DNA from: Schizochytrium sp. TIO01
Lineage: Eukaryota; Protista; Bigyra: Labyrinthulomycetes
Direction: 5' to 3'
DNA: 64,000 nt
NCBI GenBank assembly: GCA_004764695.1
Contig: SMSO01000035.1
Location: 3,050,040 to 3,114,039 of the forward strand
This document shows, piece after piece, positions 12,001-23,706 of this stretch. The position numbers and the translations under genes were made by a program. A model generated the notes under the pieces. It searched no databases, was not told where the DNA came from, and worked only from the letters and a program-made list of their open reading frames with translations. Every line of letters begins with the position of its first letter. Position 1 is the first letter of the stretch.

Positions 12001-13218
12001 AGCTGGTTTTGCTGGAGTTGCGATATTTGCAGACGAAGACGGAGCCGTTGCAGAAGGGGCACCAGACACACGGGCGGAAGGGAGAGCACCATTAGCGCTG
12101 GACACGGAATTGAGGTTCTGTGCAGAGTTGGGCTGCTGCTGTTGTGCAACCGGGGCGCTGCCAGAACTCGAAGTAGTGGTAGAAACAGCAGGAATAGTGG
12201 TCGTAGTGGCCGGGGTTCCCGTTACAGCTGAAGCAGGTGGTGGAAGATCAGGACCAAGACAGAGACAGCACCGGTAGCGAATAGTTGATTGTGACTTGAG
12301 AGGGACAACGGATGCTCCTGCAAAAGACGATGTGGGTTGCATAATTGGCCCCGTCGCCGGTTTCACAGTCTGTGCCGAATTAGGCACCGATGACGGTGCT
12401 GTTGAGTATTCGGTTTTGACCTGAGGAAGAGGCCGCTTCACGCCCTTATTCACCACCACATTTGCCGCGCCAGGAGTAGTAACATTTGAGTTGTTGTTGA
12501 TGACATTGTTGCTGTTCGTAGGAGCTGCGGAAGCAGATGCCGGGGTAGAAGATGCAATGGTGGAAGGATTTGCTACAGATCCCGTCTGTGCGTTCACCGT
12601 GGGTTGCTGCCGTGGAGCCAGAGGGGGCACTGGTGCTTGGGCAGTTGCTACTGCAACAACGGGAGTGTTGTTGTTTTTGTTGTTACTGCTGCAGGGGGTG
12701 GCAATTTTCGATTCCACAGTGTTGAGATTCGCGTTGACAGGGGCCACATTTGTCGTCTGTTCAGACTTGATCTGGCTGCTGCCTTGTTCAGTTTTGATCG
12801 TGTTTGGTGTTAATGTTGCGGAGGAGGAGGTGATGGTGGTGGTAGTGGTGCTCACAACAGCTGCTGCACTAGGTGCAGGAGGAGCAGGGGCAGTCACAAC
12901 AGGTGTTGTTTCTGATTGTGCAGCCACTGCTACTGCCTGTGCTGGTGTGCTTGCAGAGATATCTGCTGCATTAGAATTTGTGGTTTGGGGAATTGCGACA
13001 TTGCTGTTATCTGGCGCCGCTACCACAGTAGTAGCAGCCTTGGCATTGTCGGTATCCGCCACACCGTTCTGCGCCTCCGTTTTGCCGTCGTTGTCAGAGA
13101 CAGCAGCAGCAGCAGAAGAAGAAGAATCTGTCCTCTGTGGTGCCACAGGTCTCCGCACGACGATTTGGTTTCTGCCAGCGCCGTCGCGCGCGCTCTCGGC
13201 CGCACAGGGTCCCGCCAT
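6031..13218 (-). CDS. Large KDM6/UTX-like JmjC-domain chromatin protein, probably catalytically inactive, with zinc fingers and long low-complexity regions
   Basis: 2395-aa ORF with blocks colinear to KDM6: ITIVEGLVEATGLRNELFS, WKAQREELKKMPECIR, PQLSIKESG, SLNHGPGQEEWGAV, GIPVMYGLLQSKELVGISPGTVFW, SSSWN, HCENCHRELF, FCSEC...ERWYFEDL. The N-terminus is uncertain because a pyrimidine tract just upstream of the ATG could be a splice acceptor. Confidence 0.85.
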   Translation of the reverse strand: MAGPCAAESARDGAGRNQIVVRRPVAPQRTDSSSSAAAAVSDNDGKTEAQNGVADTDNAKAATTVVAAPDNSNVAIPQTTNSNAADISASTPAQAVAVAAQSETTPVVTAPAPPAPSAAAVVSTTTTTITSSSATLTPNTIKTEQGSSQIKSEQTTNVAPVNANLNTVESKIATPCSSNNKNNNTPVVAVATAQAPVPPLAPRQQPTVNAQTGSVANPSTIASSTPASASAAPTNSNNVINNNSNVTTPGAANVVVNKGVKRPLPQVKTEYSTAPSSVPNSAQTVKPATGPIMQPTSSFAGASVVPLKSQSTIRYRCCLCLGPDLPPPASAVTGTPATTTTIPAVSTTTSSSGSAPVAQQQQPNSAQNLNSVSSANGALPSARVSGAPSATAPSSSANIATPAKPAAQQQQQVTAPTAAQAPSTTSSTPAPLASAPVKTSANVPVPQASATSTSAAAVPPANAAPALATTVSASKTESTNPAARTAVNVAPGATPANTATPSTTTASSAATTQQQPQRPPAAAATAAAIPASTPAAQQQTTSTPNNNNRPGQAPTSSALPQAANAGRPNVPTQQSYHPQQGRPMNMGPSHVNGPNNMHNNHNRGMVMSHNGRPVHSTAAMARAPGYRARPGHPHGYGQPPHKMARTGPVMAGVNAPAVKALPKIDFPKVNSTSFVRVLGCTMHEECMALAKRHNLLSKIDRQKVNMEEYDSLDSEKFGANVLAKNITIVEGLVEATGLRNELFSFSHLGKVSGPTKPLRRTGKKKPSKASESAAANGSNNASTSNSANTDNNNPDVPKASVPVAVFKHAAVYGPCKIREERLGSLPLSSAVQKMATKQAEQEAQEKAKQSRALDAKRSSTRRVSTRASAAAAAKEHGVPANLTDKDGNNSDDSSASAVAKRKLPLEGSDATLSPTSEKPISTPTTSVAATTSAPQQAQPQPQQTPAQQQPDMNTVRCARQSLGQENDNWKAQREELKKMPECIRYTSPLNVLHIYQPPTLKSGPQLSIKESGVCSPLREGTNRYRTFSLNHGPGQEEWGAVAASHAEAARQLYGADFGKIFPNVGYLIRNGIPVMYGLLQSKELVGISPGTVFWTMARGDMVSSSWNFLERAVSSFRLASEVRPMLNLALDLAITELEAAKQKSATLSNPLLGLLTSQLEHALDREEAIRRQALEHQFRPAPEPVGSNASHCENCHRELFHHYFYCSTCDCLGPEKSMDLNATGTTATLNHAALAIMAANKKPVPGAPASANAGSGAAGVPGTGSGLVNSNSQQAKPTMFAARRPAPGGMTRPVPSAHQHAMANGGMNKAIPGSVNAGAPNASMARPTQMQLDAQRRSAFSNPRGGMPIKTERPAPRDLETRSEPGEPVARTCSSSSIKTELKSEAAKTGSVPPAATTNNAHQARPMVNSATGVHRSGISTSTGSAFRPGMSSNGTNIASHRPGMTSSGLPNSMSNKPHLGKLNTTMGGPEKKTTSRRKPRSPVPTWLRVDSRVIVNDSGQIGTVTKSGHGFYTVQLDGTTKTVLKRRNGLSSPAAVRSNVVFSCTEQEAEMLGTSPDSIATWRELVGGSMPGGKILPPCPPLGMHAAAYGKAVGKDDQMSRSASSACAIANAMTNQCRMSGVLGSHAPGVRTGPMSSLNMHTQARAQQGQPPRGQWNSTAASCQGRHPQAHGAVNAYNGANRVPSGYHGAPACANGQPMNGAVSRPGASAASSAGAAGSTTLQQQQQQQQQQHVAQATDKKPLASGAAGSAPNGCKPSATVGANGIPVKTPGVDPNRCKIVPNPMCKVLRSRPAVFCSECWQQHRSQHNGHLTLCLERWYFEDLRMRVQEVAQLLRTRTASIEHLVVKPPTTIEEMLKNVHLARARNVPVALPSLMRTDLAPRKVAPNQIPHPITSVMKPIVAGVVDRDLCIRVWYTEQQRIKKMASSAATSSASNNATTSNSATSGNTNTHANTAGLAGNSSTNNANNGKTTSNDSKAAPGSLARASSTGTQGTTSSANGKDNAPTSGREAASSKKKKASLGSQAVNATTTKRRKKSSVSVSGASASATSTVAPPAHSTSTLAPSTMATHKTSTTTTATATLSMTGKTNVSAAAKAAGMVASATSAKPAAAKASTIAPIPSVAVQQPQPQQQQPPMQSQQQQLPPPPLQPTSVIITSSSASKGSSTPVNAPIPIVVSPLALTPQKPSKKAKATRGPALGKSNNAMLLPPMLPLDPFDASPMKQVFPGMSSSSIVSDLDQCSIPDSPGWRSFLLADDTERELFDLNDDNKSVSSLTSAAASNEEVHQLLYMKREMSDASSVSFMDDPVTDATAAVAAVGADAQSVGPVADVDTASIFDENDFGMAHMSVVDPLMDVNVTTDDHVPSSNDSTVSIGPVTASLVNSEFSEWLTEIC

Positions 13219-13859
13219 CCGCGCTCCTCAATTCGCCACAAGTGAGAACAAAAGAAAAAGGATAATAAAGAGGCCCCAAATGTGTAAATGTACGCCTCGT
13301 AAAAATCAATGTGCAAGTAGGTGTCCCAACGCGTGAATCCAGCAAAGTCGGCGAGGCCGAGTTTCTATTTTTTCCAGCGACGAATTTATGAATGAATGTG
13401 TATTTTATATATATGTGCCTCTATATATAATTCGCGCTCCACGCCAACAAGTTGAAGCAGGGAAGAAAGTCCGTCAAACAGTCAAAGGTGCAAAGAGGTC
13501 GCTCGGAGCTTGTCTCCACAACCCGGCTTTCGCTGTGCGTCCACGCCGCGAAAGTCAGTCCGAGAGGTTGTCTGCGTCCAAGCAAGAGAGACCAAAAGAA
13601 AGTAAAGCAAAAAAGAAAGAAATAAAGAAGCGCTGTTTTCGAGCAAGAAAGCGTCAGATGCGATGGTCTCGCAGCTCAGAAGCCGCAGCCCGGCCGCCTC
13701 GGTGGTCGCCGCCAGCCGCGGCCTGTGCCAGTCTACGCAGCCCCGCGTGCATGCCACGCCTGCTCCTCGTGCCGCCGGCAGCAGAGGAAGCGAGTCGCCG
13801 AGCAGGAGCACGCCACACGAGCACCAAACGAGGGGGATTGCAGGTTTGGTGTTCGCGCT

Positions 13860-13875
13860 TTTGGTTTTCTCTTCT

Positions 13876-13906
<31 letters not shown>

Positions 13907-13950
13907 ATTCTTTCTTTGTTTCTCTGTTTCTTTGCTTTTCTTGTTTCTCT
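13860..13950. repeat. (TTTC)n-rich pyrimidine tract
   Basis: ttctttctttct... run within a GC-rich region upstream of the JmjC gene. Confidence 0.8.
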
Positions 13951-16900
13951 GATTCACTGATTGATTTCCTCGAGCTCCCTTGGCGCTTGGCCTCCAACCC
14001 AGCCAGCAAGTATCCTTTGCCTCCAGCTGAGGGCCTCGGGGTGTCAAGCAGGGGGGGGCAGTGCTCTGTGCCGCTGTCTCGGTGTCAAGGCCTTTGGTCG
14101 CCTGCTTCTTCTTCGTTGGTCGCTTGGCTAGCTAGCTTTGGTTTGCTTGCTTGCTTTTGCTTGCGTTCCTTGTCTTGTCAACAATCGATTTTATTTATTC
14201 TTTGTTTTGTGATTTCCTTCTTTTGTTCTTTTCTTGAAAACCTTTTAGTTTGGGTTTTCTTCTTCCACTCCGCTTTTGGAAAATAAACTAAATAGTAAAC
14301 AAATAAATAATAATGTAAATCTTGCATAGCAATATTTCATTCCCTTTTCTTTCAAAATTGAATTCTCAAATTAGAAAGACAACTAATAATCTGTACTTTA
14401 ATTATTATTCCTGTTCTTATTAACATTGGGAAGAAAAGAGAAGTAAGTAAGTGAACAAACAAACAAATGTCTAAAAAGCTGGTATAGATGGCCAGTTTCT
14501 CTCTCTTTGCCTCTTCCGTCGATACCAGAGCCGCCGATCCTGATTTATAAGGGCGCTCTTTCCGCCTGACAGTCCAGCTTTCGCCTTTTGCCAACAAAGC
14601 CATCAAGCTCGTCTTTCCTTGCCTGTCTGGTCTTTTCCACTTCCCGGTTTAGTTGTTTGTTTCTTTGTTTCTTTGTTTGCTATTTCCTATTTCTCGTCCT
14701 TCCGCTTTTCCACTCTCATGAAAATAAATAAATAAGTAAATAAATAAATCTTTTCTTCTTTCTTTCTTTCGTTCTTTCTTGTTAGTTCTTACTTTCTAAT
14801 CCTGAGAAGCGCAAGTTATCTAATCAGTATCTTCTTTCCAAATTCACATGTAAGTAAAAGGAACTCTTTCCTCCTTTCTTTCTTTCTTTCTTTAAAGAAG
14901 AGAAGAGAAGAGAATTGAGGTTAGAACACCAATTATCGTCTCATCCCTCTCCGTCGTGGAATTTGCCCATCATTTGCGTGCAATTAATTCCACGCTGCGA
15001 ATTCCTGCGAAGGGACCCTGCTTTCCGAGGGCTGTCCCTCGAGCCCATCAGCAGGCAAGGCTTATGAGCGGTCCACTCTCACGCACTCACGCACGCACTC
15101 CTCGAGGGCGAAGGAGAAGTTGGCCTCCAAATATTTGGCAAAGACGGAGGGAAAATTACATTCCAACTAATATTATTCTACATTTCATTCATTCATTCAT
15201 TCATTTACTTTTAAAACGTTTAAAACCAAAAAGTACTAATTACATTCCACCAAAAACCAAAATCAGAAATTGGCTATAAAGAGGCACCATAAGTGGTGTT
15301 GACGAATAACACTAACAATACTACAACAGTCAAAGAAGAACACACCGCCCTTTCAAAAAGAAAAGGCCAAAAAAGACAAACCCATTACTTCCCTTCGAAA
15401 TTGCTTTCTATTTTTTCTTCTGTTTCATACCCGCCGAATAAAAGACAGAGATTTCTCTGTCTCTTTCCCTGCTTCCCGTTCCTTCTTCTTCCTCTCCCGC
15501 GCTTTATACGTAGGTCCCGAATTAAAGACACGGATAATGATGAAGAAGCCTTCTTCTTCTTCTTCTTCTTCAGAATTTAGACGAAGCTACCTTTAAGTAC
15601 ACCTTCTGCGACTATCTCCGTCTATTTCCATTCGATTTCCTTTCCACGGATGATGAATTTAATTCACCCCCTTTATTTTAATACAGCCATCACTTAACTT
15701 AATCGCAAAACCTTCAAAACCTCTATTACCATTTTTCTTTTAATTAAAAAGATAGAGCTAATTGAATAAAATACACGAATAGTTCGATAAAAACAAAGAA
15801 ACAAAGAAACAAAGAAACAAACTAAAAAAAAACCAAAAACGTAGATTTTTATCAAAACATCGAACTAACGCAAGCAAAGAAATGTCACGTTCTCCTCGCT
15901 TCTCCTCCACATTCCACATTCCGCTACAGCCTGAGAAACACAGAAACACAGCAGCTTCAAAAGACGGCAGCCGTACACCCCTCTTTGTCAGCCTCGCGAG
16001 CGAAACCACCTCTTCTCTCGCCGGCTCGCGGCCTCTCTTGCTCGCTTGCACACGCCTTCGATGCTCTTTCTTCTTTCTCTCTATTCATCGTATCCCTCGT
16101 CTCTCCATGCGCCGGAACTTCGAGAACCTCTGGAGCGTCTGGAATCCAAGTTGTTTCGTGGGTGTGCTACTGCGGTCGTTCAAGTGCTCGAGTTGTCTTC
16201 AATCATGGACGATGGACGGTGAACTTTACACAATCGATCGAGCCAACCCGAAGGCGTATCTTTTCTTCACCTCCACGCTCACTCACCAAACGCGCTGATA
16301 CATCTTGACAGCATGCACCTGTCCGTCACACATGCGGAGACCACCTTTTACGAGTGAGTGCGTCAAAGGATGTGATGACGACATTCTTTTACTTTCCCTT
16401 CAATCCTTCGTTCCTCCATCTTAGGTATCTCCTATCAACTCCCAGGCGGCGAGCGTATTACATTACGCGGTTATCAGCGTGATACAAGTATATGGGCTGT
16501 AGGGGAACTGGCCTGGACCAGAGCAGGCGAATGGATATGGGTGAGTGGACTTGTATGAAGATGTTGTCATTTGAGGCGCAGATTTCATTCTTTTCTCGCG
16601 CCAAGGATCTTCCTCCTCCTAAAAGGGGAGAGAGAGAGAGAGAATCTGCTGCGCAGTTTTACATACAAGTGTAGTCACAATCTTGCGAATGAATGGATAG
16701 ACTATGCTCTTTAGTCGTGACGCCTTAGTTTCTGAACGAGCGACGCGCGAGGAAACCAACCCTGCATTGCACGGCAGGCAGACCGGCTTTGGGTCCCTTT
16801 TGGCGTCCTCGCTTTCATGTCGGTCTGCTGGGTACTGAATTGGTTGAATCCTTTGATTGATTGACTGATTTTGATCGGGATCTCCTCAAATCCACAATTC

Positions 16901-17527
16901 TCATACTACATATTGATTGCATATCAACAGGAGGTACAGCAGCATCAAGAAATTGCACCAATTCCAAGATTCCGCGCAAAACTTCGCTGCAGCCTTGCCA
17001 TCGACCCGATTCTTCACAGCTTCGCTTGCTATCCTGCGTTCTCTCCTGCGAAGGGTCCAGACCTCTGAGCTGCCTCGCCCCTGCAGGCCTCCACGCGCAA
17101 GTTCTTCAACTCCAAGCCTCGAGTTCTTCGTCGAGTTCTTCAGTAATTCATGACTCCCCGTGAGCAAGCTGACGACTGCCTAGCTAAGCCCTACTCACTC
17201 TTAGGCAGGAGTACGCTTCTCTCTCAATGAAGGTCCTGAGATACCTCAATGAAGGATTGAATGATTGTGTTGTAATCGTGAATGATTGTGGCGAAGTCTC
17301 TGTTTTGGAGAAATGGACGACTGATTGATTGCCACGGGGAGAGAAACCGCCGGTGCTCGCGAGGGGATAGATAGAAAGTATGCATGCTCGCATCACGAGA
17401 TAACTGCGTCTCTTTGCAACGGCTCACGAAACAGCTGCGGCGCGAAAGAGGCGAACAGGAGAGGCGATCCGAGCGGAAATGTCACCAGCAACGAAGAAGT
17501 TGTAAGTAAACATTATAATGAACAGAC

Positions 17528-17600
17528 CATCAATCAATCATTCATTCATTCATTCATTCAATCAATCAATCAACAAATGAATGAATGAATGAATGAAACA
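17528..17600. repeat. Compound tetranucleotide microsatellite (TCAA)/(TCAT)/(ATGA)
   Basis: catcaatcaatcattcattcattcattcattcaatcaatcaatcaacaaatgaatgaatgaatgaatgaa read directly. Confidence 0.85.
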
Positions 17601-20600
17601 AACAACTCTTAGATACGGCCACTTCCTATTTAATACAGCCAGTTATAACGCCTGAATACAAGCTTGTATCCAGCTTCGTCTGCGGCAAAGCGCAGCTATC
17701 GTGCAAGCTCGCTCGTACACTTGGCGGGTAGAACGGAACGGAACAATTCGTGATAGCCGTCGGCAGCGGCATCGTCTTGGAGGCCTCGCAAGGGAGGCCT
17801 GTGGAAGAGGCTGTCATCGACCTCGAAGGAGCACGCGACCGACGCACGAATCCCGGTCTCTCCCTCGTGCTCCTGCTGTGGAGTGTGCTTGTCGATTGGC
17901 ATGGTTCTACCAGAGAGCCACAGGCCCTTTCGCGAGCACTCTTCAAAGGCACGAACAGCGCTCCCTCACCCTGGCTCTCCGCCTTGTTTCCAATGCAGGT
18001 GGGTAGTACGTGCACCGGCTCTGGCTAAACTTGTATGAAAATCTGCGATGCAACGCCACAGGGCGTTGAGATGCAGGAAGAGAGAGGAATGGACGGTGAG
18101 GAGCCACCCGCGAGACCCTCATAAAACTTGTAGATAAGCGTATCTGCAAAATAGATTTTCCTAGTGGCACCTATTATAAAGGCTACTCAATACTAGTGGT
18201 ATGATAGAGTTTTTTTGTTATTGTTTACTATTACGTTGAAAGGTATTACGTATTTTAAGACGTCGTGGATTGAGGTGTTTATTGTTCCAATTATTTTTAA
18301 AACAGAGGTTTTATTCAAATAAAAGACACAAAATATTTTTTTAAAATAAAATAAAAAAATAAAAATAGGAAATTTAAAACGTTTTTGTTTTAAAACTGTT
18401 TATTAAGTTATTATTTAAGAAAGAAGAAAAAAAAAAGATTCAACCGTTCCTCTTGATTTATATTCTGTTCAATTAAAGCAATATTTTGAAAAAATAGAAT
18501 AATAGAATACAAAACATGTATTGCATGGGACATGATGGTATCTTACGAGTTGTTTCTTTCCAACATATGGTGACAAAGTGAAGAAAAGCCCAATGCGTCG
18601 TAGTAAACACTTATCATAATGAATCATAATAAGGAAGCTCTCTTCGTTCTAATCAATCCAAATGAAAGGGGACCAAAAGTAGCAATGACCTCCAACTTTA
18701 TGTTCTTAGAATAAGACCCCTTTATCACTTTCTACCAAGATTCTCCTTTCCAGATTCGGGCGCTCTCAGCCGCACAAACCTCTAGGGTGCACTTAGCCAA
18801 AACGGTAGGCGAACTGCGCCATCTCGCCTTTTTTCCCCCTCGTTCGTTCCTTTTCCCGCCCTCTATAGCCCCCTTAACGTGTTCATTTCTTCTCTTTTCT
18901 GTCGAAAGGTTTTCAATTGAAAAGGAAGTTTATATCTGAAAGTAAGAATTCATTTTCGCTAATTAAAAGTTTGATTATTTCTAAAATATTTAAGTTTTTT
19001 TTTTTTTTTTTTTTTTAAATAATGAAAAATAGAAATGAAAATAGTGCTTTTGCTTTCTTGCTCAAAGTGAAGAATAGTTGCTACAATCAATAAGAGTGCT
19101 TCTGCTCGCAACTGAAGAGGAATACGAATTGGCATCACGGCATTCGGGGTGAAGGGAAGGAAAGAGGCCATCGTGGTCATTTGTGGGCGCGAGTACCTCG
19201 TATGATGATGAGCCATCCTTTAGAACAGGTGGATGGATGGATGGATGACCATCAGCTTTTGCAAAATCGAGCAAAAAAAACTAGCAAATAAACCAAGCAA
19301 TTGCTTCGTACTACCCTCTAGAGACGGCTTTTCTCAGGCTGCAGCTCAGCGCATATTCCTCAAATTATAGCACAGCAGAACGGCCATCGAATTTCAACAG
19401 ATGAATGCCCACGGAGGCAAAGTGGGCTACTAGGAATTCGCAATTCAAGATCACTCACTCATCCATTTCGTTCATGGCCAGGCCTGAGATAACTCCTCCT
19501 TCGGCCCTCTTCACCACACAGGTTCTCCAACCCCTCGTTTTAGCTATTAATCTACTCTTCATGCTTTCATGTTCTTCAATCTCAGAAAGGAAGTAATTTG
19601 CCAAATCGTGGTCACCAAGAAATGGCGTATTTACTACTCGCCATCCTGCAAAGTCACTCGACAACCAGAAAACGAATGAAGGCACCAGAGTTGCGCACAG
19701 GATCTCGGGCCCAAAGCACATCTGTCTCAGTCAAGAGCGCCTCAGCCGTTGCTTATTACGCTTTCCCACTGACTCGAACGGACTCCTCGCACCTCGAGGT
19801 GCTTTCCTACTTCCCTCGCGTTAATTGGTTTCCGTCGTCGCCCAGAATCGCTGACTTTTCAGGGAGAGAGAACTAACTCAGTGAGCAATCGCAATCGAGG
19901 TCAGTCAGTTATTTGGTTTGAAGCAGACGGACGGGCAGCAGACAATGCAGACAATGTGCAAATGCACTACTTCGATAAGCCCCTCGAGGTTTCGAAGATG
20001 ATGTCAACTGGACTTCCTTCGCTTGAGGGGTCTTGCTTCTCGAGAAGTGGACACGCGTGAGCGATGATGGCAATCAATAAAAAGCGATCTCCTCGATGGA
20101 TTCTCTTGTTTGTGGGTCACAGTTAGTTAGTTATACACGGTATACTAAACCAAACGAAGGTGTACTCAATAAGAGAATACTAGCACCTTTGGTTTGTTTG
20201 ATTGTTTCTCGTTGTTACATTCACTCTTCAATGGGTTAGTTTATGATTATATGCTCCAAGACGTCATCATCGTCTTCTCACTTTCACTGAGATAGATAAG
20301 ATAGATAGTCGATAGCTCTCACTTCGCTTCTACTACCACCACCACCACTACTTCTATTAACGTTCTTTCATCTTTCAGCAATGAAGGCAGATAATAGAAA
20401 ACTACGGAATCTTTCTCATAAACTTTGCTTTCTTACTTCCCTTCGGTATCGAATGTACGACTTTGCTCTACAGAAGAGGTAATTGGTCAACAGCCGAATA
20501 AGAATCATGATAGCATGATCAAAATTATAACACTTTGAAAGAAGAAGGGAAGCTTTTGCAAACTGTATCATTCATTTCGGAACTCCTTCGCTTGGAGGCA

Positions 20601-23600
20601 AAAGAAAAAGGCCTTCAAACTTCAACTCCCTCGCCGTGTGATATTGGCTCGCCATTCCGTGCTCGAGTCTGGATCGGAGAAATCTCTCGCAATCAATCAA
20701 TCAACAGCTATACAACCCAAGCGAGCAGAGTTTAATTTGATGAGAACGTGCCTCTTTCGTGCTGTGGCAATAGCTCTTTTCTTTAAAAAAACCAAAACCA
20801 AAACAAACAGTCAACAATAGTACTTACTGTTTTAATTCTCTTGTTTTAATCCTCTTGCGCTTCTTTCCAGCCACGTTCTGAACTCTCAGTAGTTTTCGTT
20901 GAACTACTTTCCTCATTTTTACTTACTTTTAGCAACAGAAGCAAAAAGTAGAAGACTTTATTCTCCTCAAATTAAATACCGCGTTCTAATATTCAAGCTA
21001 CTCTTCCAATCATCAGTTAAAATAACACGATTATGCTCTTCTTGCACTATGTAAACAAGCTCCTCCTCTTAAAAACAAAAATTACACTACAATATAATAC
21101 TCATAATAACAATAATAATAATAAAAGGGAAACAAAGAAGGTGTTCTTTTCTCCGCCTTTCCCACTCCCTCCTTTCAACAACAACAAAAAGAAACAGCAA
21201 TAAAATACACCCTTCAATCCACTGGACAATAAAAAGAGAGAACATCAGAAAAGCTCCTAGGACCTCCTAGGAAGCGGCTAGGCTAGCTCCACTTAGTTTT
21301 CATTCAAGTTCAGCCGTTCTCCCCTCAGTGCCACAAGTGTGAACGCCGTTTTGGAAGTGAGGTATCATGCTCACTGAGGGGCCGCGAGAGCAATTTACAT
21401 TTTACTTTCTGCTCTTCGCACGCTCAAAGCCCCCGCTCGCTCGAAGAAGCGAGGCCGAAGAGGGCCCAGCGGCGCTCCGAAATGCTGCGACTGATGCTCT
21501 CACACGTATCAATTGCCTTTCAGCGCGGGAGCACGTATGCAAAGGCTGGGTTTTCAGAAGGGTGAGCAAGCAAGTGCCAGAGGGCGAGCGAGGGCAGAGG
21601 AGGGCATACAAGACCTCCTGACCTGCTCATAAATTCCGAAACAGCGCCTAATTTGCGCAAACGAGCCCTCCTCTCCCACAGCTCCGCAGGCGGAAGCGGC
21701 AAGGCGCCCTCCACACAGCTGAAGCCCGTTCGCGCTTCCGCAGAGCGCAACACTGGTAGCTCGCCTACGAGTAGCATACGAGTCGAGACAAAGATGAGGG
21801 GCGTAGTGTGCGAGTCTTATTAATATACAAGCGCGATCTCGTAAAACGAAGGACTCGCGACGAACCTATGGCATCATTTGTTCAACTAAAATGATGCCGG
21901 TAATCTGCACAGCTAAAAGCAATCAATCACACTTTAGCATGGCACAAACTACTGCTCATCGATGGTATGTATCTATATCTAAGTGAACTCGCCGCCCGTC
22001 CTAAGCGGAGTTCTTTCGAAGCAGCAGTCAAAGGTATTGAACTCCACTCAGTTCAATTCAACATTTCAAGTTTGTGAGCTTTATGGAGTGTTTTTATAAA
22101 AAGCTGGCCACATTGAGTTTCTTTCTTGGTTTCACGATAGTCCTTTTGCAGATAGTTTTTTTAAAAGAACAAAAGCAAATCAGAATGGAAGTCTGTCTAT
22201 GATGATGCTCTTGTCTTGAGAGCGAGTTGGGGAAATCTGCACATATGGTGTTTTGATGCTCTGATCTGATGTAGTACCGAGTGAGTTGGCTTGTTTACAA
22301 ATGGAGCCAAACCAACAGCTAAGCACTGCGGTCGATATAAATAAATGGTCGCGACGTTGAATGGGCGGACGATGAGGATGTGACCCGTTCCAGGTTTTTT
22401 GGCAATGCGGAGCGTGGGCCCCCATGGCCAAATTAAAGCCCTCGTTTCGCTCTTGTCCTGCTACTCGTACGCACCAATGACGCTCTCGAGGTGGTCCAAC
22501 GAGGCGAGGAGTGAGTGAGAGCGCGGTTCGGCAAACGGACCCCCTGCATAATACGAGCCTCTCCAAATAGCACAAAGCCAAGCCGAGCAAAGCGAGTCAT
22601 CGTCAGGTTCTCTCTCTCAAACACACGACACAGGATAAGAGAAGACGCAATCGTGCCCAAACTCGTCTCGGTGAAGATGGTGGCGATGGGCGGCGGCAAC
22701 GTCTCCTTCATTCCAACACACAGATTATCAAAGGCATGAGCTGAAGTGAGACCAAGCCGCATAAAACAGAATATGCATTCCAGGGCGTTGAAGGGTAACG
22801 AACTAAAGGTGGTGGAAGCTGAAAGGTATTAGAAGTTAGCGTCAATCGGCTGCAACTTCGCGAAGGTTTACATCATCATTTCCCGCTCGAGTTTCCAGAT
22901 CCGTACTACCTGATGAAAGCGACAAGGAGGAGATTTTGATTGTTGTGAGTTTGTGCGAAGAGACCCGGAGTGGTCAGAGGATGTCTGGTCTGATTGGCTG
23001 GTGTTACCTAGCTCGCTCCATGGCCGGCACCTTTGGAGAAGACATGGATGGACTAGTTTGTAAAATAACCGTGGGAAACTTCAAGCTGGCCAGCAGAGGA
23101 CTTGGTTGGAATGTGCTTACGAAGGAGCACTTACATCAATCATTTCGGATGGGTGGCGGAGCGTGGTCTTGGCTCTTCAAGCAAGCCCCCCATTCTCAAG
23201 CCTCTGGCGAGCCACGCTTCATTCATCGAGCACCAATCTTGTGCGGTCGAGGGGCTGTCTGTACCAGTGGATAAATGGCCGGCCAGCTCGTTTACGCAGA
23301 ACAAGACTCACAAGCTCAAGGTGGTGAAGTATCTGAAGGCTTTCTGTCAAATGAAGCGCCCTTACGCGAGAAACGACTACACTTGCTTCTATGAACTGCA
23401 TGAAGTCTTTGTTCACGCCCTTCCAGGCGGTTCCCAGCCAGGAGCCCCGTGAATTCCTGGAAACTTAACGCTCCGTGTGCTGCTACTACCTACGTACTTT
23501 GGGGAAGCGAGCTCGCTCTAGAAGGAGAGGAAATGGAAACTCAGATGTTCTCGTTCGACTTGATTCCACAACATTCGAGAATGGTACCCACGTACTAGTT

Positions 23601-23651
23601 GAAGATGATGGCCTACTCCACTCTGCTGTGAGTACATGAAAGGAAACCAAG

Positions 23652-23706
23652 TGAAACCCTAGGTGACAGATCACTAATGAAACCCTAGGTGACAGATCAC
23701 TAATGA
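23652..23706. repeat. Perfect 26-bp tandem duplication (TGAAACCCTAGGTGACAGATCACTAA x2)
   Basis: Units at 23652-23677 and 23678-23703, followed by TGA. Confidence 0.9.

Noticed and set aside
6004-13336. Many + strand ORFs of 100-280 aa (e.g. 12491-13336, 11621-12277, 6176-6832)
   Set aside because: Antisense shadows of the low-complexity JmjC CDS, with no independent motifs
13388-14286. 190-207-aa ORFs upstream of the JmjC gene
   Set aside because: Composed of GC-rich leader sequence and (TTTC)n tracts giving FLSF repeats, and not protein-like
23652-23706. Palindrome-containing 26-bp direct repeat as a CRISPR array
   Set aside because: Only two abutting copies, no spacers, no cas genes, and a eukaryotic context
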